Both the position numbers and the translations under genes were made by a program. From an uncultured Candidatus Saccharibacteria bacterium (lineage in GTDB: Bacteria; Patescibacteriota; Saccharimonadia; Saccharimonadales; EFPC-124), in NCBI GenBank assembly GCA_965225085.1, contig CBDDBE010000006.1:35697-99696 (forward strand): a stretch of 64,000 bases of DNA, in the 5' to 3' direction. The notes under the pieces were generated by a model that was given only the letters and a program-made list of their open reading frames with translations, was not told where the DNA came from and made no database searches. Shown here in pieces: positions 16,961-25,960 of this stretch (position 1 is the stretch's first letter; the number at the start of each line of letters is the position of its first letter).

Positions 16961-18926
16961 CGCCCTGCCTTCGGGTGGGGGAGTTGTCTATCTGCCCAGT
17001 GGTACGTACAAGATAACATCAGCGCTCACAATAGTTTCTGATATATTTTTGCGAGGCGCGGGCGCAAACGCGACTATTATCAAGCAGACATCGACGACAG
17101 CCCATGGTATTTACGCCCTGACGGCGCGGCGTATGAGCTTCGAAGATTTGCAGATTCTCGGTCCGGGCAAAGGCGTTGGCAGCGGCACAGGTATTTATCT
17201 CGATACAAGTGGTTCGGCGGTTGCCCAATGCCAATTCAATAATGTGTTTATCCAACAGTTTGGCGTTGATGGCATGTACATCAACACACCCATTGCAACT
17301 GTGTTGAGTAACGTGCGTTCGCAAAACCACGGGCAGCATGGTTTTAATTTTTTTAACGGTACGTCGCTGCAACTAAACGCCTGCTATGCGGCCGGGGTGG
17401 CTGCTGCTGGCTTTTATTTTGACACCATGACGTACTGCGCCCTGAACGGTTGTGCGTCCGACTCTAATGGTGCTGGCTACTGGGCGCACGCGGGTGGCAA
17501 CATTGCCTTTATCGGTTGTGGCTGTGAGGCCCCTATGAATAACGGCGCTACTTATGCCGGCTACAGCTATGTCGCGCATGGCGGTACGCAGATGGCATTT
17601 TATGATTGCTACTCGACAGGGAATCTGTCAATTGCATACTGGTTTACGAATGGCACGACACTGGGCCTTGCGCAGACTTGCCGTGAGGTTAGCCCTACTG
17701 GTACCGCAACTGCCTCGATCAAGGTAGATTCTGGTTGCACCGCAACCGTTATGAATGCTTCGACCACTACGACAGTCAGTTACGCCACGGGTACAACGAA
17801 CCTGTTCGAGAAAAACGGTGTCCAAACATTCGGTACCGGAACTACCAGTATCCGTGTAAGCCGCGGCGCAAATACTAACTTTGGTAGCGTCATCCTTGCG
17901 ACTGCTGCAGTTGATCAGTGGGGAGTGCAAATGATTAGCAACTCCACTGATGATATGCATTTTAAGGATGTTCTGAACGGTCACGACATGCTTATCGGCG
18001 AGCAACACGTCGCGCAGCCCAACATTCAACTTTTAGCCGACGCGAAATCTTTTGGTGGCGGGATTGGCGTGGTGGGTATCGGAAATGCGACCACTATACC
18101 GAGCACGAATCCGACTGGCGGGGTGATTTTTTATTCGGAAAGCGGTGTACTTAAATGGCGCGACCCAAGTGGCAATGTTTACGCGTTGAACGTTGCGACT
18201 CCCGGCGGTGCAATCACTGCCACGAGTGTCACTGCCACCACAAGCGACTTAAATTTGGTGAGTAATGGCGCCAATAAGGTCATTGCTAAGCCCGGAACGG
18301 ATAGCGTTACTGCGTTTGAAGTGACTAACGCGGCAGCCAGTTCGGTAATCCTTGATGTTGACACTTCCAACAAGCGCGTCGGCATCAACAACACTGCGCC
18401 AACCACTGACCTGGAAGTTGGTTCGAGTGCCGGTGGCACTGCCGGCATGAAGGTGACGCGCGGCAGCTCCGCGAGCTTTGCAAGTTTTAGCTTGAATAAC
18501 GCCGGTACTGACCAATGGGGTATCCAGATGCGCAACGACGCAACGAACGATTTACACGTTCGAGACCTTGCCAACGGTCGTGACCATCTGAAATTTGCAC
18601 TCACCACCGGAGTCTCAACGCTCGGTCTTGGCGTGGCTTTTGGCCGCACGACTGTTGCTGACGCCAATTACACAGTTTTACTGACGGATCGAAGAATTTG
18701 TTATACCTCAATCAGCGCCGCACGGGTAGTGACATTACCATCTGTGGCCACGACCACGGGTCAGAGCTTTATCATCAAGGATGAATCGGGTAACTGCAGC
18801 GGCTCGAACACCATTACGATTACGCCTGCGTCGGGCACGATAGACGGAGCCGCAAACAAGGTCGTCAACACGGCGTATGGCGTGCAGCGAATATACTCAA
18901 ACGGTACGAATTGGTTTACGGAGTAA
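16836..18926 (+). CDS. tail-fibre / pectate-lyase-fold (right-handed beta-helix) surface protein, main ORF
   Basis: 696 aa. Begins [10 protein letters not shown]. Then [43 protein letters not shown], the typical N-terminus of pectate-lyase-3-type beta-helix depolymerases. It also has an internal duplicated ~55-aa module and a C-terminal knob-like motif [23 protein letters not shown]...[12 protein letters not shown]...NGTNWF, which is common at the ends of phage tail fibres. Confidence 0.85.
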   Translation: [696 protein letters not shown]

Positions 18927-18933
18927 CATTCCG

Positions 18934-18962
18934 TTGACCACCGCTAGCGCTTATGCTACAGT
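18934..18962 (+). promoter_or_regulatory. sigma-70-type promoter containing the GCTTATGCTA motif
   Basis: TTGACC (18934..18939), a 17-nt spacer, then TACAGT (18957..18962), with TGC forming an extended -10. Confidence 0.55.
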
Positions 18963-18971
18963 GATCTTAAA

Positions 18972-20942
18972 TTGAAAAAACAGAAACAGGTAGCCTCTAT
19001 GCAGGATGGTTCCAGCCCTAAACAGCTTATTGCCGAGAAGATCAAGCAATCGGCGAATATTTTGGTTACCGTCGGTGCCAATCCGTCGGTCGACTCGCTG
19101 ACGGCGGCTTTGGGGCTTACGCTAATGCTAAACAAGCTGGACAAGCACGCTACGGCTGTATTTAGCGGTGTCATTCCGCCGGCTATTAGCTTCCTAGAGC
19201 CCAACAAAACGTTCGAGAACAATATAGATAGTCTCAGGGATTTTATAATCGCACTGGACAAGGACAAGGCCGACCGCCTGCGATACAAAGTCGAGGATGA
19301 GGTCGTCAGGATTTTCATTACGCCGTATCGTACCAAAATTACTGACAAGGATTTGCAGTTTAGCCAAGGTGACTTTAATGTTGACCTGATTGTGGCGCTG
19401 GGGGTAGAGGACCAAAAGGATCTGGACCAGGCTATCACGGCGCACGGACGCATTCTGCATGATGCGACGGTGGTGACGATTAATGCTGCTGCTCAGAAGA
19501 GTTCGCTTGGCTCTATCGACTGGCAAAATGGCAAGGCTAGCTCGCTCAGCGAGATGGTCGCGAGCATGGCAGAGTCGCTGAAGGCGGGAATTTTGGACCA
19601 ACAGATCAGCACGGCGCTTTTGACAGGGATTGTCGCTTCGACTGAACGATTTAGCAATCAACATACCACGCCGCAGGTCATGACGATTGCCGCACAGTTG
19701 ATGGCCGCTGGTGCAAATCAGCAGCTGATCGCGACCAAGCTGCAAACCATTCCAGCGCCGGTCTCGCCACGTAAAGTAAACGCTGCGAGCCAAACGACCG
19801 AAAGCACCAAGATCAAGGCCGATACCGAACGCCAAGGTGCTGACGGCGAGATGCACATTCAGCATGGCGAGCAGCTTGAGCCTCCCAAGGAATTGCCACA
19901 GGAAGAGCCGGCTCCTCAGCCAATCGAGCCAGTTGCCGAGCCTGAGCCAGAATTTCCGATCGCGCCACCTGCTGCGCAAAATTTTGAGGACCTAAAGCAA
20001 GCAATTCAGCAAGAGACCGTGCATGGTACGTCCAATCGCCAGATGGCGTTGGAGCCGCCAACCCCTGGTAGCCAAAACATCAACACCGAAGAAGCCGAGG
20101 AGGAAGATCGCCCGCCTAAAGAGGGTGAAGAGAGCTATCTGACAACACATCCTTCGTGGCAGGGGCGTGAGATTGAGCCACCAAGCATGGGCGGGACGCT
20201 CAATGCCACGGCCGAGCAAGCGCTCGAGGACAAGGTCCGTGAGGAAGAGGAGCAAAAGCGCAATCATCGAATCTTGACCCATGGTGCTGCGGGTGCGCCA
20301 GAGCAAGCCCCACCGGTTGAACAACCTCAACCACCAGCTCCCACTCCCGTTCCAGAACCATCACCAGTAGAGCCAGCTCCAGTAGCCTTGCCCGAGCCAC
20401 CAGCTCCGGTCGTGGAAGCTCAGCCTGAGATTCCCGTAGTAGCACCGCCGCTCGTAGTGTCAGAGCCTATCGCACCGGCTAGTCCAGCCCCTGTGCCCGA
20501 GCAAGTGACGTCGGCTGTTCCCGCTGCGCACGAGCCAACATTGGAAGAGCTTGAGCGTGAGGCGGTCCATCACGCTACGCAGACATCGTCACCCCAAACA
20601 CTTAGCGAACTGGAAGCAGCAGCACGCCAAGGTGTAAGCCCAGGTGAAATGTCGGTCGCAGCGCCGACGCTTGCGCCTCAACCAATCGCACCAGCACCTG
20701 CTGAACAGCCCATGCCTGCTCAGCTTCCGTCGCTGCCGCCGATGCCTGACTTCAGCACTTTGCCGCCCGTTCCTGGCCTGTCTACAACGCCCACGCCGAG
20801 CATGCCAACCTTGCCCGAACTGCCGCCTGAACCCTCGGCACCTGCGCAGCCGCAGTCGCTCGAAGTTCCGGCGCCGGCCCCTCAGCCTCAGCAACCACCG
20901 GCTCCAATTGACCCCACCCAGTTCCGTATCCCTGGTCAGTAG
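18972..20942 (+). CDS. DHH-phosphoesterase-like N-terminal domain fused to a long Pro/Glu/Ala-rich disordered tail
   Basis: 656 aa from TTG 18972; an alternative ATG lies at 18999. The first ~250 aa resemble NrnA/DHH-family layout (ILVTVGANPSVDSLTAALGL..., DLIVALGVED..., SSLSEMVASM), but I cannot find the DHH catalytic residues. The C-terminal ~380 aa are low-complexity PxP/E-rich sequence. Confidence 0.65.
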   Translation: MKKQKQVASMQDGSSPKQLIAEKIKQSANILVTVGANPSVDSLTAALGLTLMLNKLDKHATAVFSGVIPPAISFLEPNKTFENNIDSLRDFIIALDKDKADRLRYKVEDEVVRIFITPYRTKITDKDLQFSQGDFNVDLIVALGVEDQKDLDQAITAHGRILHDATVVTINAAAQKSSLGSIDWQNGKASSLSEMVASMAESLKAGILDQQISTALLTGIVASTERFSNQHTTPQVMTIAAQLMAAGANQQLIATKLQTIPAPVSPRKVNAASQTTESTKIKADTERQGADGEMHIQHGEQLEPPKELPQEEPAPQPIEPVAEPEPEFPIAPPAAQNFEDLKQAIQQETVHGTSNRQMALEPPTPGSQNINTEEAEEEDRPPKEGEESYLTTHPSWQGREIEPPSMGGTLNATAEQALEDKVREEEEQKRNHRILTHGAAGAPEQAPPVEQPQPPAPTPVPEPSPVEPAPVALPEPPAPVVEAQPEIPVVAPPLVVSEPIAPASPAPVPEQVTSAVPAAHEPTLEELEREAVHHATQTSSPQTLSELEAAARQGVSPGEMSVAAPTLAPQPIAPAPAEQPMPAQLPSLPPMPDFSTLPPVPGLSTTPTPSMPTLPELPPEPSAPAQPQSLEVPAPAPQPQQPPAPIDPTQFRIPGQ

Positions 20943-20957
20943 ATCGTAACCTACGGT

Positions 20958-21650
20958 ATGATAGGGGTAATGGATGGTATTCTTTTGATTGACAAGCCTG
21001 CGGGCATATCTAGTTTTGGCGTTGTCGCGCGCGTGCGTTGGCTGCTAAGTCAACAGGCGGGTCGGAAGGTAAAGGTTGGCCACACTGGCACGCTTGATCC
21101 GTTTGCAACGGGGCTCATGATTATTGTGGTAGGCAGCTATTGCAAGCGGGCAGCAGAATTTAGCAAGCTCGACAAAACGTACGAGGCAACGCTGCACCTG
21201 GGTCAGACCAGCAGTACCGGTGACCCGGAAGGGGAACTGACGAATGTATCTGATCGTCGGCCAACGCAGGATGAAGTGCGGGACACCCTTCAGAATTTCA
21301 AAGGTGCTATCACGCAGACACCTCCGGCATACAGTGCTATCAAGGTGAACGGGGTCCGTGCCTACAAATTAGCTCGCCGCGGTGAGGACGTAGAGATGCC
21401 ATCGCGTCAGGTTACTGTTCATGAGCTGGAGCTACTTGATTACAGCTATCCAACTGTCAGAATTCGCACACATGTTAGTAGTGGCACTTATATTCGCACG
21501 CTTGCGGCAGATATCGGTGAAAGTCTGGGGATCGGGGCGTACCTGACGGAACTCCGCAGGACGCGGATCGACAATCGCGATATTGATGATGCGCTAGGTT
21601 TCGACACGCTGACGACCGAACTCCTAGAACGGGCATTATTGACATCGTAG
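20958..21650 (+). CDS. truB: tRNA pseudouridine(55) synthase
   Basis: GILLIDKPAGISS and the catalytic-Asp motif GHTGTLDPFATG. Confidence 0.93.
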   Translation: MIGVMDGILLIDKPAGISSFGVVARVRWLLSQQAGRKVKVGHTGTLDPFATGLMIIVVGSYCKRAAEFSKLDKTYEATLHLGQTSSTGDPEGELTNVSDRRPTQDEVRDTLQNFKGAITQTPPAYSAIKVNGVRAYKLARRGEDVEMPSRQVTVHELELLDYSYPTVRIRTHVSSGTYIRTLAADIGESLGIGAYLTELRRTRIDNRDIDDALGFDTLTTELLERALLTS

Positions 21651-21704
21651 GGGCTAATTGTACAATCGTACTTGTCCTCTTCGTATTCGTGAAAGGATAA
21701 GGAC

Positions 21705-21989
21705 ATGAGTGAGATTGCGTCGGGCTTTCCAGCGCCTGATGAGCTCGAGGCGCAGCACCAAGCGGCTGTTGCCGGGGACGTGGAGCGCCTAAGGGCAAAG
21801 GTTCTCAAGGCCTTCCAGTCGCGTCCGTATGGTGGTAAGCCATACGAGGTTGACGTCGAAGGGTTCCCTCGGTTGGCTATTGATATGATCATTGCTGAGC
21901 TGAGCCCGAAGTGGGACGCGGAACTCAAGACGACGTACGGCCAGCCACAGAGGGTCTATCACACCCTGGTCATCACTGCCAAGGACTGA
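21705..21989 (+). CDS. hypothetical protein (orphan B)
   Basis: 94 aa. SD AAAGGATAAGG upstream and a long terminator hairpin downstream. No family recognised. Confidence 0.5.
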   Translation: MSEIASGFPAPDELEAQHQAAVAGDVERLRAKVLKAFQSRPYGGKPYEVDVEGFPRLAIDMIIAELSPKWDAELKTTYGQPQRVYHTLVITAKD

Positions 21990-22010
21990 GGCTGAGCTGG
22001 CGTCTCACAT

Positions 22011-22051
22011 CTGACCCTGCGGTTGGCTTTTTCTGCCGACTGCAGGGTCAG
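22011..22051 (+). terminator. long hairpin terminator
   Basis: CTGACCCTGCGGTTGGC / GCCGACTGCAGGGTCAG, a 17-bp stem with two G-U pairs around a T-rich loop. Confidence 0.65.
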
Positions 22052-22111
22052 CATTTAGAACCCCTCCGTTGAATGTTGCGTCCCATCTATATTTCTGATA
22101 AAATACATCTG

Positions 22112-22378
22112 ATGATTACAAAAGAAGCAAAGAGCCAGGTCATTGCTGACAATCAGCATCACAAGACTGACGTCGGTTCGACCGAGGTCCAAGTTGCAAT
22201 TCTCACCACTCGCATTCGCGAATTGACTGAGCACCTGAAGGCAAACAAGCACGACAATCACGGTCGTCGTGGTCTGCTGCAGATGGTAGGTCGTCGCAAG
22301 CGGTTGCTGGGATACCTGCAGCAAAAAGATTACGCTGGTTATCAGACATTGATCGCCCGTCTTGGACTCCGCAAGTAA
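22112..22378 (+). CDS. rpsO: 30S ribosomal protein S15
   Basis: [11 protein letters not shown]...[48 protein letters not shown]. Start at ATG 22112; the track ORF begins at 22073. Confidence 0.93.
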   Translation: MITKEAKSQVIADNQHHKTDVGSTEVQVAILTTRIRELTEHLKANKHDNHGRRGLLQMVGRRKRLLGYLQQKDYAGYQTLIARLGLRK

Positions 22379-22543
22379 GCAATAGCTTCTGCGGAGTTCT
22401 TACCTTTTGAACCTACAAAATTAAAACTGCCGCGCGCAAAGTCGCTTGTAGGTGGTGGATTTGAACACAAGTTTTCGGCTTGGTTGAAACCCGTTACCTA
22501 AGCAGACTCGCGGGCGAGCAGCCTAGAAAAGGAAACTATCCCT

Positions 22544-24673
22544 ATGAGCAGTATTATCAACCCTTTTGGGAAGGATATTGTCAAAGTTGAAACGCAGTTT
22601 TGCGGCCGCACATTAAGTCTCGAGGTTAACCGAGTAGGCTTCCGCACCAGCGCAAGCGTCCTCGTGACCTATGGCGAGACCGTCGTCCTCGGCACGGCGA
22701 TGGTGGCTAGCAAACCGGTTCACGGTTTTGACTATTTCCCCTTGAGTATCGATTACGAAGAAAAAATGTATGCAGCTGGCAAGATCAGTGGCAGCCGCTT
22801 TATCAAGCGCGAAGGTCGTCCAAGTGATGAGGCGATCCTGATCGGTCGTCTGATTGACCGCCCTATTCGTCCGCTGTGGCCAAAGGGTTATCGCCATGAA
22901 GTGCAGGGCGTTACCTCTGTGCTCAGTATGGACCCGACATTCCGCCCAGACATGGTAGCTATGATTGCCATGAGCGCCGCGTTTATGCTCAGCGGTGCGC
23001 CATTCGAAGGCCCGGTTGCGGGCGTGCGCGTAGGCCTGAAGGATGGTAAGCCTGCCGCTTTCTTGCCACTCGAAGAAATGAACACCAACGACCTCGACCT
23101 CGTGGTCGCAGGTACTGGCGAAGCAATTATGATGGTTGAAGCTGGCGCTAATGAAGTCAGCGAAGAGCAAGTGGCCGACGCGCTAGCCTGGGCACATGAG
23201 GCCATTCAGCCGGCTATCGCACTCCAGAAGGAACTCATCCAGAAGGTCGGCGTGACTGCTCAGGAATACGAGCTGACGCTGCCCGATGACGAGATCCAAA
23301 AAGCCGTCGACGCATGGGTAGATGGCAAACTTGGCGAAAACCTCCGCGCACCGTATCCAGAGCGCAACGATCTGGTGACAACCTTGCGCAAGGATTTACA
23401 CGCTCACTTCGAAGAGCAAGTCGGCGCCGACGAATACAAAGAACTTCATCAGGAATACGACGACGCCTTTACTGGCGCACTCCACAAGGACGTACGCAAG
23501 GGGATTTTGAGTGATGGTGTCCGTCCAGATGGCCGCAAGACCACTGAGATTCGTCCGCTCAGCTCTGAGGTTGGCATTTTGCCACGCGTCCATGGTTCGA
23601 GCCTGTTTACCCGCGGCATGACCCAGGGCATGAACATCGTGACGCTTGCGCCACTCAGTTACGCGCAGATTGTTGACACGATGGAGCGTGAGGGCGAACG
23701 CCGCTACATGCACCATTACAATGCACCGGGCTACACCGTTGGCGAGATCAAGCGCCTGGGTTCGCCAGGCCGTCGCGAAATTGGCCACGGCTACCTGGCT
23801 GAGCGTGCATTAACTGCCGTGCTGCCGAGTGAAGAAGACTTTCCGTACGCCATTCGTTCTGTGACCGAAATTATGAGCCAAAATGGCTCGACCAGCATGG
23901 CCGCTACCTGTAGCAGCTGTCTGGCGCTGATGGACGCCGGTGTCCCGCTGAAAGCTCCTGTGAGCGGTATTGCGATGGGCCTTATGAAGGATGGTGATAC
24001 CATTGCTATCCTCAGTGACATCGCTGACGCCGAAGACTTCGCGGGCGACATGGACTTCAAAGTCACCGGTACTGAGAAGGGTATTACCGCTCTGCAGATG
24101 GACATGAAGGTCCATGGTTTGGCTGTTGATATCTTGAAGAAAGCTCTGATGCAGGGTAAAGAGGGTCGCGCACACATCCTCAAGCACATGCTTGAGACCT
24201 TGCCGGAAAGCCGCAAAGAGCTTAGCCCGTACGCCCCACGTATCGAGAAGATCCAGATCAACCCCGAGAAGATCCGCGATGTCATTGGTAAGGGCGGCGA
24301 GACAATCAATAAGATCATTGCCGAGACTGGCGCTGAAATTGACATCCGTGATGGCGGTTTGGTCATGGTAGCCGCACCTGACAAGAGTGCGATCGACGCT
24401 GCAATCAAATGGATTCAGGATCTTACCGCCGAGCCAGAGGTCGGAGCAATCTACGAGAATTGCCGTGTGGTAAAGCTGATGGATTTTGGTGTCTTTGTCG
24501 AGATTATGCCTGGCCAGGAGGGCTTGGTGCATGTCAGCGAGATGTCCGACAAACGCGTCGAGCACCCTGGTGACATCGTGAAGGAAGGCGACCATGTAAC
24601 GGTAAAGCTGGTGGCTATTGACGACCGTGGGCGACTTGTCCTTTCCATGAAACAAGCAAAAGCCACAAAATAA
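22544..24673 (+). CDS. pnp: polyribonucleotide nucleotidyltransferase (PNPase)
   Basis: 709 aa. Two RNase PH-like halves, KH (GKGGETINKI), and a C-terminal S1 domain (GVFVEIMPGQEGLVHVSEMS). Classic rpsO-pnp order with a 165-nt leader. Confidence 0.96.
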   Translation: MSSIINPFGKDIVKVETQFCGRTLSLEVNRVGFRTSASVLVTYGETVVLGTAMVASKPVHGFDYFPLSIDYEEKMYAAGKISGSRFIKREGRPSDEAILIGRLIDRPIRPLWPKGYRHEVQGVTSVLSMDPTFRPDMVAMIAMSAAFMLSGAPFEGPVAGVRVGLKDGKPAAFLPLEEMNTNDLDLVVAGTGEAIMMVEAGANEVSEEQVADALAWAHEAIQPAIALQKELIQKVGVTAQEYELTLPDDEIQKAVDAWVDGKLGENLRAPYPERNDLVTTLRKDLHAHFEEQVGADEYKELHQEYDDAFTGALHKDVRKGILSDGVRPDGRKTTEIRPLSSEVGILPRVHGSSLFTRGMTQGMNIVTLAPLSYAQIVDTMEREGERRYMHHYNAPGYTVGEIKRLGSPGRREIGHGYLAERALTAVLPSEEDFPYAIRSVTEIMSQNGSTSMAATCSSCLALMDAGVPLKAPVSGIAMGLMKDGDTIAILSDIADAEDFAGDMDFKVTGTEKGITALQMDMKVHGLAVDILKKALMQGKEGRAHILKHMLETLPESRKELSPYAPRIEKIQINPEKIRDVIGKGGETINKIIAETGAEIDIRDGGLVMVAAPDKSAIDAAIKWIQDLTAEPEVGAIYENCRVVKLMDFGVFVEIMPGQEGLVHVSEMSDKRVEHPGDIVKEGDHVTVKLVAIDDRGRLVLSMKQAKATK

Positions 24674-24687
24674 CATTTTGATATGAA

Positions 24688-24735
24688 GCGCCCCCGGACT
24701 TCTCACCACGATCGTGATGGAAGTTCCGGGGGCTC
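24688..24735. terminator. long GC hairpin between convergent pnp and orphan C
   Basis: GCGCCCCCGGACTTC ... GAAGTTCCGGGGGC with an inner CACGATCGTG palindrome. Confidence 0.6.
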
Positions 24736-24741
24736 AGCGCC

Positions 24742-25182
24742 TCAGGTGTCCGCGTACTTGCGGCCTATCGCGAGACCGAGATTGGTCACCAGCTGCCAGG
24801 CTTCGGCACGCTGCTCCGCGACCATGTGCGGCCACCATTCATCTTTCAGGCGGCGCTTCAGGTCGTCGAAACGATCCAGGATGGTCCCGGTACCTACAGG
24901 TCCTCGTAGCAGTAGCAGGATGTGCAGGCACATCGCCTCGGTAGCGATCGGGAAAGCGCCGGCTGCTATCGCCAGCTTTCCCGCTTGTTCTGCATAGCGG
25001 GCGCATTCCGGCGTCCGCGCGCTGTCCACTGCGGTGAGAGCCTCAGCGTAGTAGTACAGGGCTTCGGCGTGCTCCGCTTGGCTGTCCGGCCGCTCGACCA
25101 GTACCTGTAGGCACATGGCCATGATCTGCTGTGGGGGGCGAGACGAGGCTTCCAGGCAACGGCGGATGGATTCGATGTTCAT
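24742..25182 (-). CDS. hypothetical helical protein (orphan C)
   Basis: ATG 25182 follows GAGAGGA. 146 aa, predicted all-helical by eye, with AEALYYYAEAL and ARYAEQAGKLAIAAG segments (TPR-like feel only). No family recognised. Confidence 0.45.
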   Translation of the reverse strand: MNIESIRRCLEASSRPPQQIMAMCLQVLVERPDSQAEHAEALYYYAEALTAVDSARTPECARYAEQAGKLAIAAGAFPIATEAMCLHILLLLRGPVGTGTILDRFDDLKRRLKDEWWPHMVAEQRAEAWQLVTNLGLAIGRKYADT

Positions 25183-25363
25183 GTGCAAGTCCTCTCGATG
25201 GGGCTGATCAGCGAATTATACTATATATTGAACTTCTTGTCAATAATACAGATGACAAAAAGCTACAACTGTGCTACAATGTTAGACACCAACTACCAGT
25301 GATATACATGGTGTGATTCTCGTAATAGGCTGATCTATAGGGTAGTTGTGTCTTATTGTGTTA

Positions 25364-25960
25364 ATGATAGATTCTCCAAAACAACATCTTCTCGATCAAA
25401 TCACCGCAGACATGCTGGAGCATAATGTCTGTCCAGATTTGGCCAAGACGGCCACGAACATTGTTCCGGGCGCGGGTAACCCAGATGCCGAAATCATGTT
25501 TGTTGGGGAGGCACCGGGCAAAAACGAGGACCTGACGGGCGAGCCGTTTGTTGGCGCCGCAGGCAAGATTCTCGACACGTTGCTCGCAAGTATTGGGCTT
25601 ACGCGACATGATGTGTTCATCACGAGCATCGTCAAATACCGTCCACCGAACAATCGCGATCCCAAAGCAGAAGAGAAAGCAGCCTTTTTGCCATACCTCG
25701 AACGCCAGATTGACGTCGTGCAACCTGTGCTGAGCATCCCCTTAGGTCGACACGGCATGGAGTCATTCCTGCCTGGCGCGCGAATAGGCGAAGTCCACGG
25801 AACGCTGCAGTGCGACGCCAAAGGCCGCTTCATCCTCCCGCTATTTCACCCGGCGGCAGCCCTCTACAACCGTAACCTATTGCAGGTTATCGAAGAGGAT
25901 TTTAAATCGATTCCAACACGAATAAAGGAAATTAAGAAAGGAAGATTACCTCAATCATGA
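25364..25960 (+). CDS. uracil-DNA glycosylase, family 4
   Basis: [23 protein letters not shown] and the C-terminal HPAAALY motif. Start at ATG 25364; the track ORF begins at GTG 25346. Confidence 0.87.
   Translation: MIDSPKQHLLDQITADMLEHNVCPDLAKTATNIVPGAGNPDAEIMFVGEAPGKNEDLTGEPFVGAAGKILDTLLASIGLTRHDVFITSIVKYRPPNNRDPKAEEKAAFLPYLERQIDVVQPVLSIPLGRHGMESFLPGARIGEVHGTLQCDAKGRFILPLFHPAAALYNRNLLQVIEEDFKSIPTRIKEIKKGRLPQS

Noticed and set aside
17843-18606. Diversity-generating-retroelement-style template/variable repeat pair in the tail-fibre gene
   Set aside because: The two ~55-aa modules are similar at the protein level only. At the nucleotide level they are far too diverged for a TR/VR pair, and no reverse transcriptase is present in the window.
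16535-18926. Possible prophage or phage remnant because of the tail-fibre-like gene
   Set aside because: The flanking genes are rpsT, a DHH-like gene and truB. No capsid, portal, terminase, tail-tube, lysis or integrase genes occur anywhere in the window, and no flanking direct repeats were seen. It is treated as a cellular surface-protein gene of phage-like ancestry.
20280-20940. Possible tandem repeat or CRISPR-like array in the proline-rich region
   Set aside because: The repetitiveness is compositional (CCA/CCG/GAG-rich codons for PxP/E), with no fixed-length exact repeats or unique spacers. It lies inside one continuous ORF. No CRISPR array was seen anywhere in the window.
22440-22480. 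tRNA-like fragment (GGTGGATTTGAACAC, the reverse complement of a TTCAAATCC T-loop) in the rpsO-pnp spacer
   Set aside because: Only the T-loop-like heptamer and one stem strand are present. The partner strand does not pair, and no acceptor or anticodon arm can be built. It is more likely part of the hairpin-rich pnp leader (CCTACAA...TTGTAGG), which is commonly structured for autoregulation.
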